DNA of 64,000 nucleotides from Sarea resinae (taxonomy: Eukaryota). The notes beneath the pieces are model-generated. The model made no database searches, was not told where the DNA came from, and was given only the letters and a program-made list of their open reading frames with translations. The DNA lies in NCBI GenBank assembly GCA_026026165.1, contig JAPEUD010000087.1, positions 1 through 64,000 on the forward strand, read 5' to 3'. Position 1 is the stretch's first letter, and every line of letters begins with the position of its first letter. The position numbers were made by a program, and so were the translations under genes. This document shows positions 34,086-48,079 of the stretch, piece after piece.

Positions 34086-37000
34086 TCAGTCTCCAAAGTA
34101 ATCACTGGTACCGCCCGCCGTCAACGTGGCGGTAGGGACGTCAGTGCCCAGGCCGCTGTCGCTGGGCGCATTGTACAGGATAACCTTGCCGGTGCCGTCC
34201 TCGTCACCACCCTCGGCGCGTTGATATTCCTCGTGCTGCTCGCGCTCGTGCTCGTGCTCTTCGTCCATCCCATCCTCACCCTCCCCGTCTTCCTTCTCGT
34301 CGTGCGAATCTTCTCCCTGTTGCTCACCATCCACATCGCCATCATCGGCAACGTCATCATCGTCGTACCCATGCCCATTCTCCGGCTCATGTTCATGCTC
34401 ATGCTCGGCGGCCTCCTCCTCATCTTCAGGGGAGACCTCTAAAACAGCACCGGTACCAATAGTACTGGCATAGCTAGTCCGTCGATCACTGCCCGTGACT
34501 TCGCTCCTGGGCGCCCCAGAGTAGGTAAGACCGCTCTCGGTGCCCGAATAGCTGGTGCGCCTATCGCCAGAGAGGTCAGAGCCGGTACCGTAGGTCCAGC
34601 GACTACTGCCATCGGTGAGCGAAGACCCATTGCCATAGCCATAGCTAGTGCGCCTCTCGGTGCCCGTGTCGCTGCCGCTCTCATTCGCATCCCCGTCCCC
34701 TTCCTCGTTTTCTTCGCTCTCACCTCGCTCGTCCAGGATCTCGTTCTCCTTGTTCGCAGTTTCGAATTTGGTTTTCGCGCCGCCCCAGGACTCCTTGCGC
34801 AGGTAATTGGACTTGACGCTGTGGCTTCTCTTCAGGTTCCCCAGACCCTTCTCGAGGCCGGCGGACGAGAAGGCTTGGCCGCCCGTCGGCACGTTGTGCG
34901 TGATTTGATTGAGGGAGAGGATGCGACGGCTTGTGTTAGCACCAGCACCGGAATTACGAGCGGCAGCGGGTTGGCGAGTCTTCAATGCCATGCCGAGGCC
35001 ACTACTCATAGTCCTTGGAAGAGCCGAGATGGTGCTTGCGGAGGCGTTGCTGGGCACACGCTTGAGACTCATGCTGTTCGTATCTCGGGAAGGTCTCGCG
35101 ATGAGAAGCGCTCTCGAATGATCAATGACACCCTCAACGATCCGACGTTCTAGGCTCTCGGCCCGGGACTCCATCGTCTGCAGCTCTTCACGACGAATCT
35201 TGAGAGCCATCTCCAAGGATGCGACGTCAGCGGCGAGATGCACCTTTTGATTAGCCAGCTCCTCCTTCTCTGTTCGAAGCGCAGTCACTGCGGACAGCAG
35301 CGCATTCTTTTCTTCACTCAGACCCAAGAGGTCAGATTCGACATTCTCCTTTTCGGCAAGCCTCCGCCCAAGGGCAGCTGCGGCTTCCTCGGCTAGTTGC
35401 TGCTTGTTCTCGTGGTCCTGAGTAATGAGCTTAGCCTGCGTGGCCACGAAATCCGAGACTTCAGCCGCGGTTGACATGACCTGCTGATGGATTTGGTCGA
35501 GAAGATCGATTTGCGCAAAGGACTTGCCAGAAGCGGTCGCATGGTTGATGAGACGATCCAGTTTATTGTGGACTTCGGTATCGTCATACTTTTCTGGGGG
35601 CTCCTGGACGACTGGAGGTGGAGCCTCTATAGCGCGAAGCTCGAGCTCCCTGCTCTTCTCCTCTTCTGCCCGGCTCTTTTCTTCTTCGGCCCGGCTTTTC
35701 TCCTCCTCTGCTCGCTTCTGCGACTGTTCGTAATGCTGCCCGACGATCAAAAGCACATCCTTGATAGAATCCAGAATCTTCGGGTTATATTCCGTCACTT
35801 GACCCTGCACGTCTCCAACGGCTGCTAAGGTCTTCGCCACCTCATCCCGTGTCTGTTGATGCTCTGCTTTGTCGTCAACATGGTTTTCCTCAATCTTGCC
35901 AAAGGTCTGATCGACGCGGCTGAAGACTGTCTTAGAATCATCCTCCATCTTTTCAGCTGTATTTGTAATTGTCGAACCCAGGGTATCAATGGATAATTTG
36001 AGTTCCTCCGCAATGGCTTTGGAAGCAGCTAATATCTCGTCCTTTTCTTGGTCCTTTTCTTGCGCAGCCTTGGCCTTCTCTTCGGCCGCGAGCTGAGCAG
36101 CATCGTACTTGCTCATCAGGTCGTTGAATCTGTCGTCGATCTTTACGGACAAATCGCCGACTATCTGTTCCCGATGCTCCTCGTGCTTCTCGATCAAAGA
36201 CGCAGTCTTGTCGTCGCCATCGAGTTTGACTCCATCGATCTCACCGTGCATCCGTTCAGACTCACGCGCAATGATCTCCATGAGCTCCTTGACATCGGCA
36301 GCAAGAAGTGCATTCACGCCAAAGTTGTCCTCGAAGCCTTTGAGCTGCTCCCCAATAGAGTCAAAGCCTTGAGATCCCTCTTCCAATTTGCTCTTTAACT
36401 CGTCTTTCAACTCCTCGAGGAAGGTCTTGACTTCGCCCACCTTCTCCGCCATGCTTTCATTCTGTACCTTTCGCTCTTCCATGGCTTCCATTGTTGTCTG
36501 AACGTCCGCATCGTGCTTTTCCTTGAAACCCAACACGAATCCGTTGAGCTCAGCGACTTCTACTTTAGTTGGAAGATTTTCTGGATCCGGTAGAACCATT
36601 TGTTCAAGCTGGGTCTTTGTGTCCAAGCATAATGCTTCAAGAGCCTCGATGTCGGTTTTGGTGACTTTCTCCTCTTCGTCTCCGGAAGCAGCCTTGTCTT
36701 TTATCTCGGTGATCCCATCTTTGATATCGACAAGTAATGTGTCTAAAACGCTGAGATCTTCCTTGGTCGGTGCCTCGGTGTCCATACGAGCGTTAATGGC
36801 ATCGACAGCGTCCCTCGTCTCTCTGATCACACCCTCGACAATATCGAGATCTTCCTTCTTCACAGAAGTTTCCGGATCAGGGAGAATCATCTCATCGAGC
36901 TTTGCTTTGGTGTTTAGGAGTAGTGTCTCGATCGCGTCAGTGTCTTCTTTCCTAGCAGCACTTTCATCCTGATCGCGTTCGCGGCTAGCGAGGACTACCA

Positions 37001-40000
37001 CAGAAGCCTGGACATCCTTTAGCATCTCTTCGATCCCGGCTAAATCACCCTTCAGCAAGGAATCCTGGACATCCTTGAGCATCTCTTCGATCCCAGCCAG
37101 ATCCTCCTTCGTCAAAGATGGCTGGGCATTCCTTAGCATTTCTTCGACCCCAGCCAAGTCCTCCTTCGTCACGGATGGCTGGGCATCCCTTAGTATCTCT
37201 TCAATTCCAGCCAGATCCTCCTTCATCAGTGTCCCTTCGGCTGGCTCCGCTGCCGCTTGTGGTGGAGGAGGTGGTGGTGGCATAGACTCGAGAGCCTCGA
37301 CTTTAATGCGTAATTGAGTGATGAGAACTTCGAGGTTCTCGATATCGTTTCTTTTGAGGCTGTCGCCATCTGCGACAACCATTTCACCACCCTTCGCCTC
37401 CATATCAATCTCCTTCTCGTTGTTTTCCCGCAATTTGTCGAGGTCGGCGCGAACGGCAGCCAAGCCGTCTTTGAGAGTATCCAGAATCTCATATGATACG
37501 GTCATATCGACTGGCTTCTCGATAAGCTTCTCCAAGTCGGAACGAAGACTGTCGAGACCGTCATTGAAGGCATCTAATAATTCTCCAGTATTGGAAATAA
37601 CGCTTTCTGGTCTGTCTCCCATCCTATCAGTTTGACTGCGAAGCCCATCGATGCCTTCCTTTAGAGCCTCGATAATCTCATCCTTGTCTGCAGAAGAAGA
37701 TCCCGGAACAATGCTGGTAGCCATGGTTTCCCGGAGCTGTTCAAACTCCCCTTTCATCGCTTCAAGCATACCAGCACTCTGGCCATGTTGAGAAATTTCG
37801 CTGCGAAGAGTGTCGAGACCTTCGGTGAATGCATCAATGATCTCGTCCTTATCTTCGTGGACGCCTCCACGAACGATGCTGGTGGCCAGAGTCTCGCGTA
37901 GATGTTCAAACTCCTCTTTGACCATGTCTAGCACCTCACCGTTGACTGTACCTGCATCATCTTTCGCATTTTCACCTCGGAATCCATCTAGGCCCTCCCT
38001 TAACGTCTCGAGAATCTCCTCTTTCTCCAATGGAGCTCCTCCGCGGACGATACTGGTTGCCAAAGTCTCGCGTAAATGCTCAAACTCTTCCTTGACCAGG
38101 TCGAGCATCTCTCCGCTAGCAGTCCTCTCGTCGTCCCTTGGAACTTGAAACGCATCCAAGCCTTCTCTCAATACCTCCATAATCTCTTCCTTGTCCATGT
38201 TACCGTCACTGCGCACAAGAGATGATGTGAGAGACTCGCGAAGGCGATCGATCTCCTCTCGCAGAGCATCCAGCACTTGACCAGATGACATGCCATTATC
38301 ATCTCGGCCGAGCTCTGCACGGATACCATCAACGCCTTCACGCACAGCTTCGAGGATCTCTTCTCTATCCAGAGGTCTACCTGCTCGAAGAGCGGTATCT
38401 GCAATAGTTTGTCGGAGCTGTTCGAATTCGTCTTTCATTAGCTCGCCCATTTCGTCGCTGGTGGCGGGATCCGTATCGCGTGAGACACTCGAGACGTAAC
38501 CTTCCACGTCGGTCCGTAGGTGCGCAAGGCCATTCCTCACGGTGTCGATGATCTCGTCCCGTCCTGTAACATCCGCCGCCCGATCGACATATGATTCGAT
38601 ATCCGAGCGAAGAGACTCAAGACCGTCCTTTACTGCGTCGAGAACCTGTTCAGTGTCTCTTCCATTGGCCGCGGAGTATTGCTTGAATTCGGTTCTCATT
38701 CCTTCAAGAAGGTCGTGCAGTTGCTCCAGAACTTGCTCTCCTAATCCTCCCATAGGTGTAGGGCCTCCGTCCAGGCCAGCCTTGACGGCATCAAAGAGGT
38801 CATCACGGTTGATCTCAATCTCCCTGATATTCCCGGGAGCATGAACTGCGAAACCCTCTTTGACGGCATCCAAGACTTCATCCCTGGTAATATCCTGATC
38901 CCTTGGAGCTGAAGAAGCTCCTGTGGGAAACTCAAAGGTCTCCAAACACTCCCTCACAGCCGTCAGGATTTCTTCTCGGGTGACGCTAGCTTCTGTCTCG
39001 ACCGCCGGGGGTGGAACAAAGCCTTGCAGACCTTCTCGCACGGCATCCAGTACTTCATCTCTGCTGATACCCGAAGGCTCTTTTTCTTCGCCGATCGATT
39101 TGTATTCCTCAAGGCCTTCCCTCAAGCACTGCAAGATCTCATCTCTCTCCAACCCGAAGTTTTGGAGTTCAATGTCAGGCTTGTAGGTTTCCCATGCCTC
39201 CCGGATAGCTTGAAGGATGTCTTCTTTTTCGATACCGGGGTACTGGGCTTGCTCCGAATTCATTTGCTGGAGAGGCAGATCCCGAATTGCATGTTTTACC
39301 ACATCGTAGACTTCCTGGCTGTCGACCGTATTGCGTGATATCGACGATGAAGACGATTGTCGACGTTTTTCGTGATAAACACGATCCATTTGCTCTTTCA
39401 GCTCTGCGAGACCTTCTTGCACGATTCGAGCAACCTCCTGACGGCCGAAATCGTCATCGGATCCACTTGGATCCTGTGATTTCTCCGCCTCGTCAATTTT
39501 CCGACCTAATTCACGGCCCATGCCAAGAACTTCACCCCGTAGTTCTCGGACCAAAGCCTTGACCTCTGCTGTCATGCCGCCATTTTCTGTGACGCTATCC
39601 TTCATCTTGCGCAACAGTTTCAGGATGTCTTCGCTAACGAAGTCGGCGGCACGAGGGCTTGAATACGCCTTTGGACCTTCGCTGTTACTAAACGTTCTAC
39701 CGCCAGGAGTTGCAGCTTGGTGCGACGACATATCCCTAGTCGTTCGAGTGAGCGGTCCGGAGGGAGAGTCCTCGAAGCTATAGTCCATCTTTGGAGGGCC
39801 GTTAGAACCATTGCCGTTGCCATTTCCATTCCTGATGACAAGTGCACGACTTCCTGAGTTTTCTTTGATGAAGTCAAGAAGCTCTTCAATCTTTTTCGTA
39901 GTTTCAGTGGACTTTGCATCAGCTTTTTCGAGGACCTCATGGAGCGAAGATAGGACACGTTCTTGGCCATCCTTTGTTCCCATTTCTCGGAGAATCTTCT

Positions 40001-41256
40001 CCAGCAGAGCCAGGTTCGCGGCACCGTCCATCGAGTAAGGTGAGGGACTGTTTGAGAGTTCTCGCTCCAGGGTAGCAGCAAAGCTATTGGGGCTTGGAAT
40101 TCGAGGTAATGCGAAATTCTTCTTGGACGTCGGCGACGTATGTGAATTCTTGTCCACGAAAAGGGATCCGCTTCCGTCCTTGCTGTGACCTCGAGGCCCT
40201 GCATCAAAGCTAAGGCCTGGAATTCCGGTTGAAAGGTTTGCGACTAGCTCTCGGAGACTCTTTCGAATATCCTCGTCACGGGTTCTTGTAGCTTCTTGCA
40301 ACTTGACCAGGTCACCGGCATTGTCCTTGCTTCGTCGACTAAGCTGGGTCATTTCTCGCTGCAAATTAGTTGATATGCTGATGAGATTAAGTATTTGCGA
40401 CGAAAGAGCATCGAAATTTTGCGTATTATGGGCGAGGGCTGCCGAATTTGTCGCAGTTGATCCAGACTTGTCACTTTCTTGTGGCGTGGGCATAGACTGG
40501 AGAGCGAGCATCGTAGCTGAAGTAGGAGTGCTCTCTCCAAGGATTGCCTTCGGGGGTTGTCTTGTTGAGGGACGGAGACTCGGTGTATCTCGTGCAAAGT
40601 CCCTCGTGTTAGTTGTTGGAGTACCTGTTCGAGAAGGGCTCTTCTCTGGTGATCTCGAACCATGGTCCTTCTCAAAATCTTTGGAATAGGAAGAGGTATA
40701 AGAAGAGGTATGGGAGCGTGCCGATGGTCTTTCTGGAGATCTCTCAGGAGAGCGCTCGGGCGAATTTGATCCACTTTCGAGGTAGCTTTGAAGCGACTGC
40801 ATCCGCTTGTGATATTGGCCTTTGAGCAGAGACTTTTCTGGCGACTTATTAGGCATTGCGTTGGTGGTATACGGACTTGGTCCGGCGCTCTCTCGAGCTC
40901 GCTCACTCAGAGCGGCTGCGGCTGCAGCGACAGTCGCGGATGTGCCCGCACGAGTAGTAAGACTTGGTGATCCGGGATTCAGAGGTAATGGAGGTGGAGC
41001 GCGTTCAGGGTCAGAGCTGTCCCACCTGTGGTTGTGGTTAGCAATTTGCCGGGCGCGACTTAATAGCGAGAGCATAGGATCGGTGACCAGTATGAGGTGG
41101 GCCGTGAAGTGCAATGTACGCGACGTGTCGAGTCATGAGCAGTGAATGAATAAACGCAACATACATAGGAATTGACCGGCCAGAGTCAGAGTATGACGGC
41201 TGATGTTTGAGGACCATGTCCCGGTCGCGAGACTCCTCTCTCTCAATAGACGGCAT
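34086..41256 (-). CDS. Very large acidic coiled-coil/helical-repeat protein (~2,340 aa), function unknown; exons 41256-41165, 41025-34086
   Basis: 6.9-kb open frame; intron GTATGT..CAG joins SIPM to WDSSDPERAPPPLP; many EEILEAVREGL-type repeats; no Walker motifs seen. Confidence 0.88.
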
Positions 41257-41818
41257 CGTCAAGAGTTGCTGTGGCTGTGGATGTCCCCACTGCCGGCGAT
41301 GAGGAATGTTATGAGGAATGGAAGTCGTGTTTACACGACGTAACGGGTCCCGCTGGGGACCACACACACGATGGAGAAACGCCTAGGGGGTATCAATCGA
41401 GTAAAACGAGCCCAAATATGCTAGACAATGCACAACAGAGCTTCGAAGGAGGTTTTGAAGCTATAACATGGGGGGGGCAGAGATGGTGATGGTGATAGAG
41501 ATGTGTGATGGGGACTATGCGAAGCGCTGGCAAGTTGAGTAATGGGGGATGGTTTGTTTACATTGTCTTACGGGAGGCTGCAGACTCGGGAGATGCGCAA
41601 AGTCGCTCGAGACGAACAAGGCCTAGCGTAGCGGGACCATGGCCCGCGACTGAAGGTGCGAGCTGGACGCGAAGTCACGACGTACTACTCCGAGTACATA
41701 GTATGTACAGAGTAGGCACTAGGTACTTTCACAGCCGGTACGTACCTTGCCTGGAATCGCAGGATGAGGGCTGATGGGGCTGAGCCCTATTCTCACACAA
41801 TCGGCAACAAGCGAATAC

Positions 41819-41825
41819 CAGTCAC
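41819..41825 (+). promoter_or_regulatory. Homol-D-like box CAGTCAC in the RPL27 promoter (AGCCCTA motif nearby at 41783-41789)
   Basis: Matches the fungal ribosomal-protein promoter element CAGTCAC(A) ~100 bp upstream of the ATG. Confidence 0.5.
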
Positions 41826-41926
41826 CCGTCATTTCTAGGATCGCGAAAGAGTTGAGGTAGCGATCCAGCGACCAGCGACCAGCGACAAACGACCAACGCC
41901 CGACTTCATCACCACCAACGATCGCG

Positions 41927-42599
41927 ATGAAGTGTGAGTTTCTCTCGAGCACTGGCAGCTCAGGAGTATGGCATGCTGATTGATCTGCTACAGTCCTCAA
42001 GGTGGGCCGTGTGGCCATCATCACTCGTGGAAGATACGCCGGCAAGAAGGTACGACGAATGCTTCTATCCCCTCGGCACGAATCTAGATGAGGATCTACG
42101 GACGTGTGCGGTGGCAGTCGCTTTGGGGGAGGCTCAAAACTGGGAACAAAATGGACAGGGTTGACTTTGGATTGTATAGGTGGTCATTATCCAACCTCTC
42201 GACACAGGCTCGAAATCTCACCCCTTCCCTCACGCTCTCGTCGCCGGCATTGAGCGATACCCATCCCAGGTCACTCGCCGCATGTCCAAGGCCCGCCAGA
42301 CCAAGCGCAGCAAGGTCAAGCCATTCATCAAGGTCGTCAACTACAACCACTTGATGCCCACCCGTTACACTCTGGAGCTGGAGGGTCTGAAGGGTGTTGT
42401 GACCAACGACACATTCAAGGAGGTCTCGCAACGGGAGGACGCAAAGAAGACGGTGAAGAAGGCACTTGAGGAGAGATACACTAGCGGGAAGAACCGGTGG
42501 TTCTTCACTCCATTGAGTAAGTTTGTTCGGTGTTGATCTCGTGGGAGGCGATCAGGAAAATCTATGAGGACAACGACTGACTTTAATCCAGGATTTTGA
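41927..42599 (+). CDS. RPL27: 60S ribosomal protein eL27; exons 41927-41933, 41994-42049, 42180-42516, 42592-42599
   Basis: [54 protein letters not shown] after three canonical introns. Confidence 0.97.
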
Positions 42600-44429
42600 G
42601 CATTTCTGTTAGATATGTCGTCCCGGTGATTCGGAGTCATTGCTCATAGTGCAACCGCTGTCATCACGGGTATTATAGTGCAATGGAACCATCTGATGAA
42701 CTATTATGAGCCTCGTGGCATTCCTGAAAGCTTTGCATCTTGTGAATTAATTGTCAGGACACTAACAACGAGCTACTGCGTTACCGTATTGATAGATTGT
42801 CAATCGGAGCCGACACAGAGCTCGTGCCTTTGAGCATAGATGTACGCGGAAAGTCCTCTAGTACGGACTCTGGGATATGCATGGACGATCATGAACTTGG
42901 CATTCTCACAGCGACTTAAGAATACCGAACCGAACTTTGTTGGATCGCTGACTCGAAATGACATTGGCCAAATGGCGATTCATTCTTCTCCGGTTCGGAT
43001 GATTCTATCAAACTAGGAGAAGCCACCAACCCCACACTGTTCGACCTGCGATTGTCCAGTCTTCGTACAGATCATCTATCGCATGGGGACACCAAGACCT
43101 GCATTAGCTATCACTCCAATCCCATTTCCATTGACGTCGTCCCTCAAAGGCATCAAAGCGCTTCCCACCGCTGGTTCCTCGGCTACCCCTTGAACTTATC
43201 CTCTGGCGAGCGACTGGATCACGAGTCAATTCAGCATTGAGCTGAAGGGCAAAGAAGTATGCCTGATTGCTATTCCGTCGTACCCTGCTTCTCCACTCGT
43301 CTGCTCCAGCTGCTCGTCTGATGCTCGCTTGCTGTATTGTCCTTTGACGCCGCGGAATGCGGTAACCCGCGTATATCGCAACAAACATCCAACGCGAGAA
43401 GCTTGATTCCTATCGACGCCGTGAATCGATCAGATTGCTGGAACTCTTCGGACTGTATGGTGCATGACTGAATCTAGGTCTTCCTCTAATGGTTCAGTCA
43501 GGTGGTACCAATACGTGGATGGCCCGCTGCTCTGAATCCTTGCATGGAAACCAGTCCAATGATGCATGAGGGTTCCCTCTGTCTCTTTCTCTTCACTTGG
43601 ATCGTGCTCTGGTCTCAGTGTTGATCTCGTTTGAGATGCGTGTGGCTCTCGTACATCGTATGCAGGTTTGATTGATTGACTGGCAACATGCCTTCAGCCT
43701 GCCGGTTGATTTGCGAATCTCGGCAGGCAATTGGGAGCAAGCAAGCAAGCAGGCGAAGCCATCCCATGTCCTGCCGGTGATGGCTGCTGACCATCCAGCC
43801 ATCCAACTACGGAGTCAGGTATTGGACAAATGATCCTTTGGATCCGTTCGTTGGTGCCTCGACCAACAAGATCGGAGGGCGAGCGGGACCATGGGGCCGA
43901 TCTGCACTAATCGCACTAATTGCACAATCCTCGGCTATGCACCAGTCCCGTGACGTCGTCCGCGTCCGGGCTTAGCCTGGAGAGGAGAGCGAGCTGGAGC
44001 CCCATCGGCAACCTCCATCCTCCATCCTCCATCCTCCGTCCTCCAGCCTCCAGCCTCCTCCACTCCATCGCATCGCGTCCCGTTCCAACTCTTCCCTCCT
44101 TCCTCCTTCCTCCTTCCCCTTCCTCTTCCCATCCATCATCTGCCGCGGCTCCTTTCTTCTGCAGTCCTCTCACACCATTCACTCGTCCGTATCATCTTAT
44201 ATACCTCTCTCTCTCCCTCCCCGTCTTATCACCCACCTCCTATCCACTCATCATCTTCTTTATTCTTCCTTCTCTTCCCATCGTGCTCGTGATCCTCTCC
44301 TCCGAGCTTCTCAGCTATCCCCCTTCTCCTCCCTCTTTTCTCTCCTCCACCTCGAGATCATCTCAGCCCGGCGATACTTTCCACTCACTGTGGTCAAGGT
44401 ATTCATGCTAATTCTTGTGAATTGCTAAT

Positions 44430-45344
44430 ATGGCACCTTTGAGCTATACCCATTTCTCATCCTCACCCGTCCTCGCCCTCCCACGCCAGCACGCGCCGCA
44501 TCATCTCGCAGATGTTATGGCTTCTTCGCCCATCACCAGAACTTCGCCTTTCGATCATGCCTCCTTTTCGGCCACACCGACACGAGTTTCGCCAAAACCC
44601 ATCGCGCCCTTCACCAACCCGTCCCGAAAACGCTCACGCGACGAAACTCTTTCCCCCGTAGACGCACAGCCAGCTGCATCATATTTTGATCGTGCTTCAA
44701 CCCATTCATCCTCTGCCACAACAGTTATCAATGGCATGAACACTGGTCCTAGCCAGCCTCGGAAAATCTCTTTCTCCCGAACCAATCCTCCAGATCACAT
44801 CACACTGTCGTCAGAACATCCGCGACCAGTGATTACACCTCGCAAGTCTCAGCGATTAGACCTCGCTGCTGCCTCGTCCGCCTCGATAAGCTCTATATCC
44901 ACCGGGAGCCCGCCGAAGTCTGGTACTCCCACAGACCCCTTCGCGAACGACTTCACGCTCGTCCTAGGCATCGGCTGGACGCGCCTGAGTGACGACGAGA
45001 GCATGCAAGCCGCAGCACGAGGCTGGGCAAAGTACATCGAGAACCACTACCCGCTGTCAGACGCAAATATCCTTCTGCGCAGCAACGGCCTCAATTCATA
45101 TCTGGTGCGCGCGACGCAGGGTTTCTTCCTCTTCTCGGACGACCTAAGCGAAGGCCGTTTCGTAGGCGCTACGTGGGAGAAAGCCCTGCCCAATCTCCAG
45201 GCTCGCCCTGTAGTCTTCGAGGGTGACGTCCTCAGGGCCGTTCGATCTCCGATCCTCCAGCCAGCGAAGAATGACGGCTCGAGTGATGTCCCAGAGCAGA
45301 CCCATGTTGCCGCCGACGGTCATCATGCCATGGACTTGGATTAG
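44430..45344 (+). CDS. Hypothetical protein (304 aa), disordered N-terminus plus a compact C-terminal domain
   Basis: Intronless ORF downstream of a CT-rich leader; basic RKRSR motif; globular-looking LGIGWTRL..AAARGWAKYIENHYPL..GFFLFSDDL segment. Confidence 0.8.
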   Translation: MAPLSYTHFSSSPVLALPRQHAPHHLADVMASSPITRTSPFDHASFSATPTRVSPKPIAPFTNPSRKRSRDETLSPVDAQPAASYFDRASTHSSSATTVINGMNTGPSQPRKISFSRTNPPDHITLSSEHPRPVITPRKSQRLDLAAASSASISSISTGSPPKSGTPTDPFANDFTLVLGIGWTRLSDDESMQAAARGWAKYIENHYPLSDANILLRSNGLNSYLVRATQGFFLFSDDLSEGRFVGATWEKALPNLQARPVVFEGDVLRAVRSPILQPAKNDGSSDVPEQTHVAADGHHAMDLD

Positions 45345-46065
45345 CCGCTTTCCACTGATCTTTTCTAAAAGCTCTTTCGGTGTACTCGTTTGTATTACGG
45401 TGCTGGGTCGGGTTGAATCATTTCGGATGGCTTTTTGCTTCTCGCTTGCACGCATGCATTATTACAATTCATTGGTAAGATGGCGTCAGAGTCCATGCTT
45501 TCTAAATAAACCAACAGAAATACAATCGTCAAATTTATCAACACCTACGAACGTGGTTTTGGCCAAGCCAGCGTAGATATTTTAGTCTGTGTTCTCATGA
45601 GTTTATCTTGTAGAGTTGTGAAAAGTTAGTAGACTGTAATTTACGCTTCATCGACATTCGTCCTCTGATCATCAATCCAAATGATGTCCTATGCATTTTC
45701 AACGACAGAACATTCAATGGCAATTGAATCCAGAATACTACAATCATCGGCATATAATTCGAATTGATCTGATGCCAGAATAGACGGTCCTTTTCGTTTT
45801 GCTCCCAATGACCCTCTAATGATGGCTCTGGATGATGCTGTACCACCACTTTCATCAAGGTCAGAGGTCTCCCCTGTCGAGCCATATCGGCAATAAGCCC
45901 TACCTCCGACCGAACGTCATGGCCCTGCCCCGAAGTCCTCTCCGACCCCACCTCCACCCACCAACTCAATTTCAACTTTCCCCCGAATACCAAAGACCAA
46001 AGCAACCTGCGCTATAGACGTCGAGCCAGCCAGCCAGCCAGCCAGCCAGAGAACCACATCAAACA

Positions 46066-47172
46066 ATGTCCGTCTTCGCGCCGAAAAACACCGCCCTGAT
46101 AACGGGTGCGGCGTCCGGCATCGGGCTCGCCATCGCGCAGCTCTGCCGCTCGCACGGGATGAACCTGGCGCTCGTCGACATCAACACGGCAGCACTGGCC
46201 GAGGCCAAGAAATCATTCACCTCGTCCGCTCCCAATCCCACTCTCACCACCAGCACCACCACCAGCAGCTCAACAACGGAGGAGCCAAGACCGATAACAG
46301 AAGCATACACGATGGACGTCAGCCAGCTCGAGCAATGGCAGGATCTGCAGACGAAAGTGGCCTCGACGTTCGGCGGCATCGACCTCCTGGTCCTGAACGC
46401 CGGCACGACGGCCCGCGGCTCGTGGGGCGACAGCGAGTATTTCAGCAAGATCCTCTCGACGAACCTGATGGGGCCTCTGCACGGGCTGAACACGTTGCTG
46501 CCGCTCGTGCGCGCTCGCTCCACGTCCACATCTACTGCCACAGCCGCCGCTACCGTCGCTGCGCCCAAAAAGGAGGACGAGAAACCCACGGCCGTGGTGC
46601 TGACGGGCAGCAAACAGGGCATCACGAACCCGCCGGGCAACGCGGCCTACAACGCGTCCAAGAGCGCGCTGAAGACGCTGGCGGAGCACCTGAGCTGGGA
46701 CCTGCGGGACACGGGCACGGCGGTGCATCTGCTGGTGCCGGGCTGGACGCATACGGGCATGGTATGTCTTTCTTACTTTCTTTCTCATCTCCCCCTTTCC
46801 CTTCCCCTCCCCCCCCCCTCCCTCTTCTAATCCTCCCCCTCTCATCCCCACCAACTAACCAACCCCCCCTTCTCCCTCAATCCACAGACCTCCTCCTCTT
46901 CCTCATCGAGCTCACCCGCCCCCAAACCCCCCGGCGCCTGGACCCCCGCCCAAGTAGCCTCCTACATGGTGACCAAGATGGCCGCGGGCAAATTCTACAT
47001 CCTGTGCCCGGACAACGACGTCGACGAGGTGACGGACAAGAAGCGCATGCTGTGGAGCGTGGGCGACGCCGTGCATGGGCGGCCCCCGCTGAGTAGGTGG
47101 CGCGGGGAGTGGAAGGATCGGGCGGCCGAGTGGATGGCGCAGGTGGATGGGGAGCGGTTGGCCGATTGGTGA
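46066..47172 (+). CDS. Short-chain dehydrogenase/reductase; exons 46066-46761, 46888-47172
   Basis: TGAASGIG, LNAG, TGSKQGITNPPGNAAYNASK and LLVPGWT motifs; intron GTATGT..ACTAAC..CAG. Confidence 0.9.
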
Positions 47173-48079
47173 GGGTGAAAAGGGGTGAAAGGGGAGGGGA
47201 GGGGACAGCAGGGAAGGGGTTGATTCTAGATGGATAATTCTTCTTATTTCTTTCTTGGGGGTCTACGCAAAATCGCCTCACTCACCCACTCAATCACTTA
47301 CTCACTCAGCTTACTCACTCAGCGCAACCAAGAGCGCAAACAAGAAAATACAAGTTTCCCTCGATGGGACTGAAAAGCCTAAGAGTACCTACCAGCTGAT
47401 AGCTACCCTCAGTCCTCGGAAGAAGTTTCTCCTAGGGAAATGAAAACCAAAACAAAAAAAAGAAGACGAAGACGAAGAAGAAGAAAGGGCCATGTCTCTT
47501 TTCTCTTTTCTCTTTTCTCCTCTCACTCTAGTTTCGCAACACCCAAACACCCGCACTGTAGACATCGATGCCATACACCATACGCAAGCAGCAAGACGCC
47601 ATACGCAAGAAACAAAGGTGCACGCCGGCACACCCCAACGAACCCCAAGACCCCCAGACCCCAAGGACCCCAAGACCCAAAGACCCCAACGATCCCAACG
47701 ATCCCAAAACCGGCCCGTGTCTTTCTTTGCCTTATGAACAAACATAGCAGAGAGAGAGAGAGAGAGCCCAGACTCGGAAAACGAAAGAACGAGCCAACAA
47801 AGTAACGAAGAAATGAATGGCGGACCGCTCGCGACCCAGCGGGTCCCTTGTCCATAACAACCATGCATGACCTCCCACCGTAAAAAAATATACCCGTTCG
47901 TCTAGTCTAGTCTTATGCTGAAAAAGTCCTTGATCCGGTCTGTCAGTCCACCAGTCCAATCATGCACGCACGCATCCATTCATCCAAACAAAACAAAACC
48001 CAGCATCCTCCTCAGCCGTGGTGGCCGCAGCCCCCAAATCCCCTGATGAATGAGCCACGTTGACCCATCCCTCAAGGAC

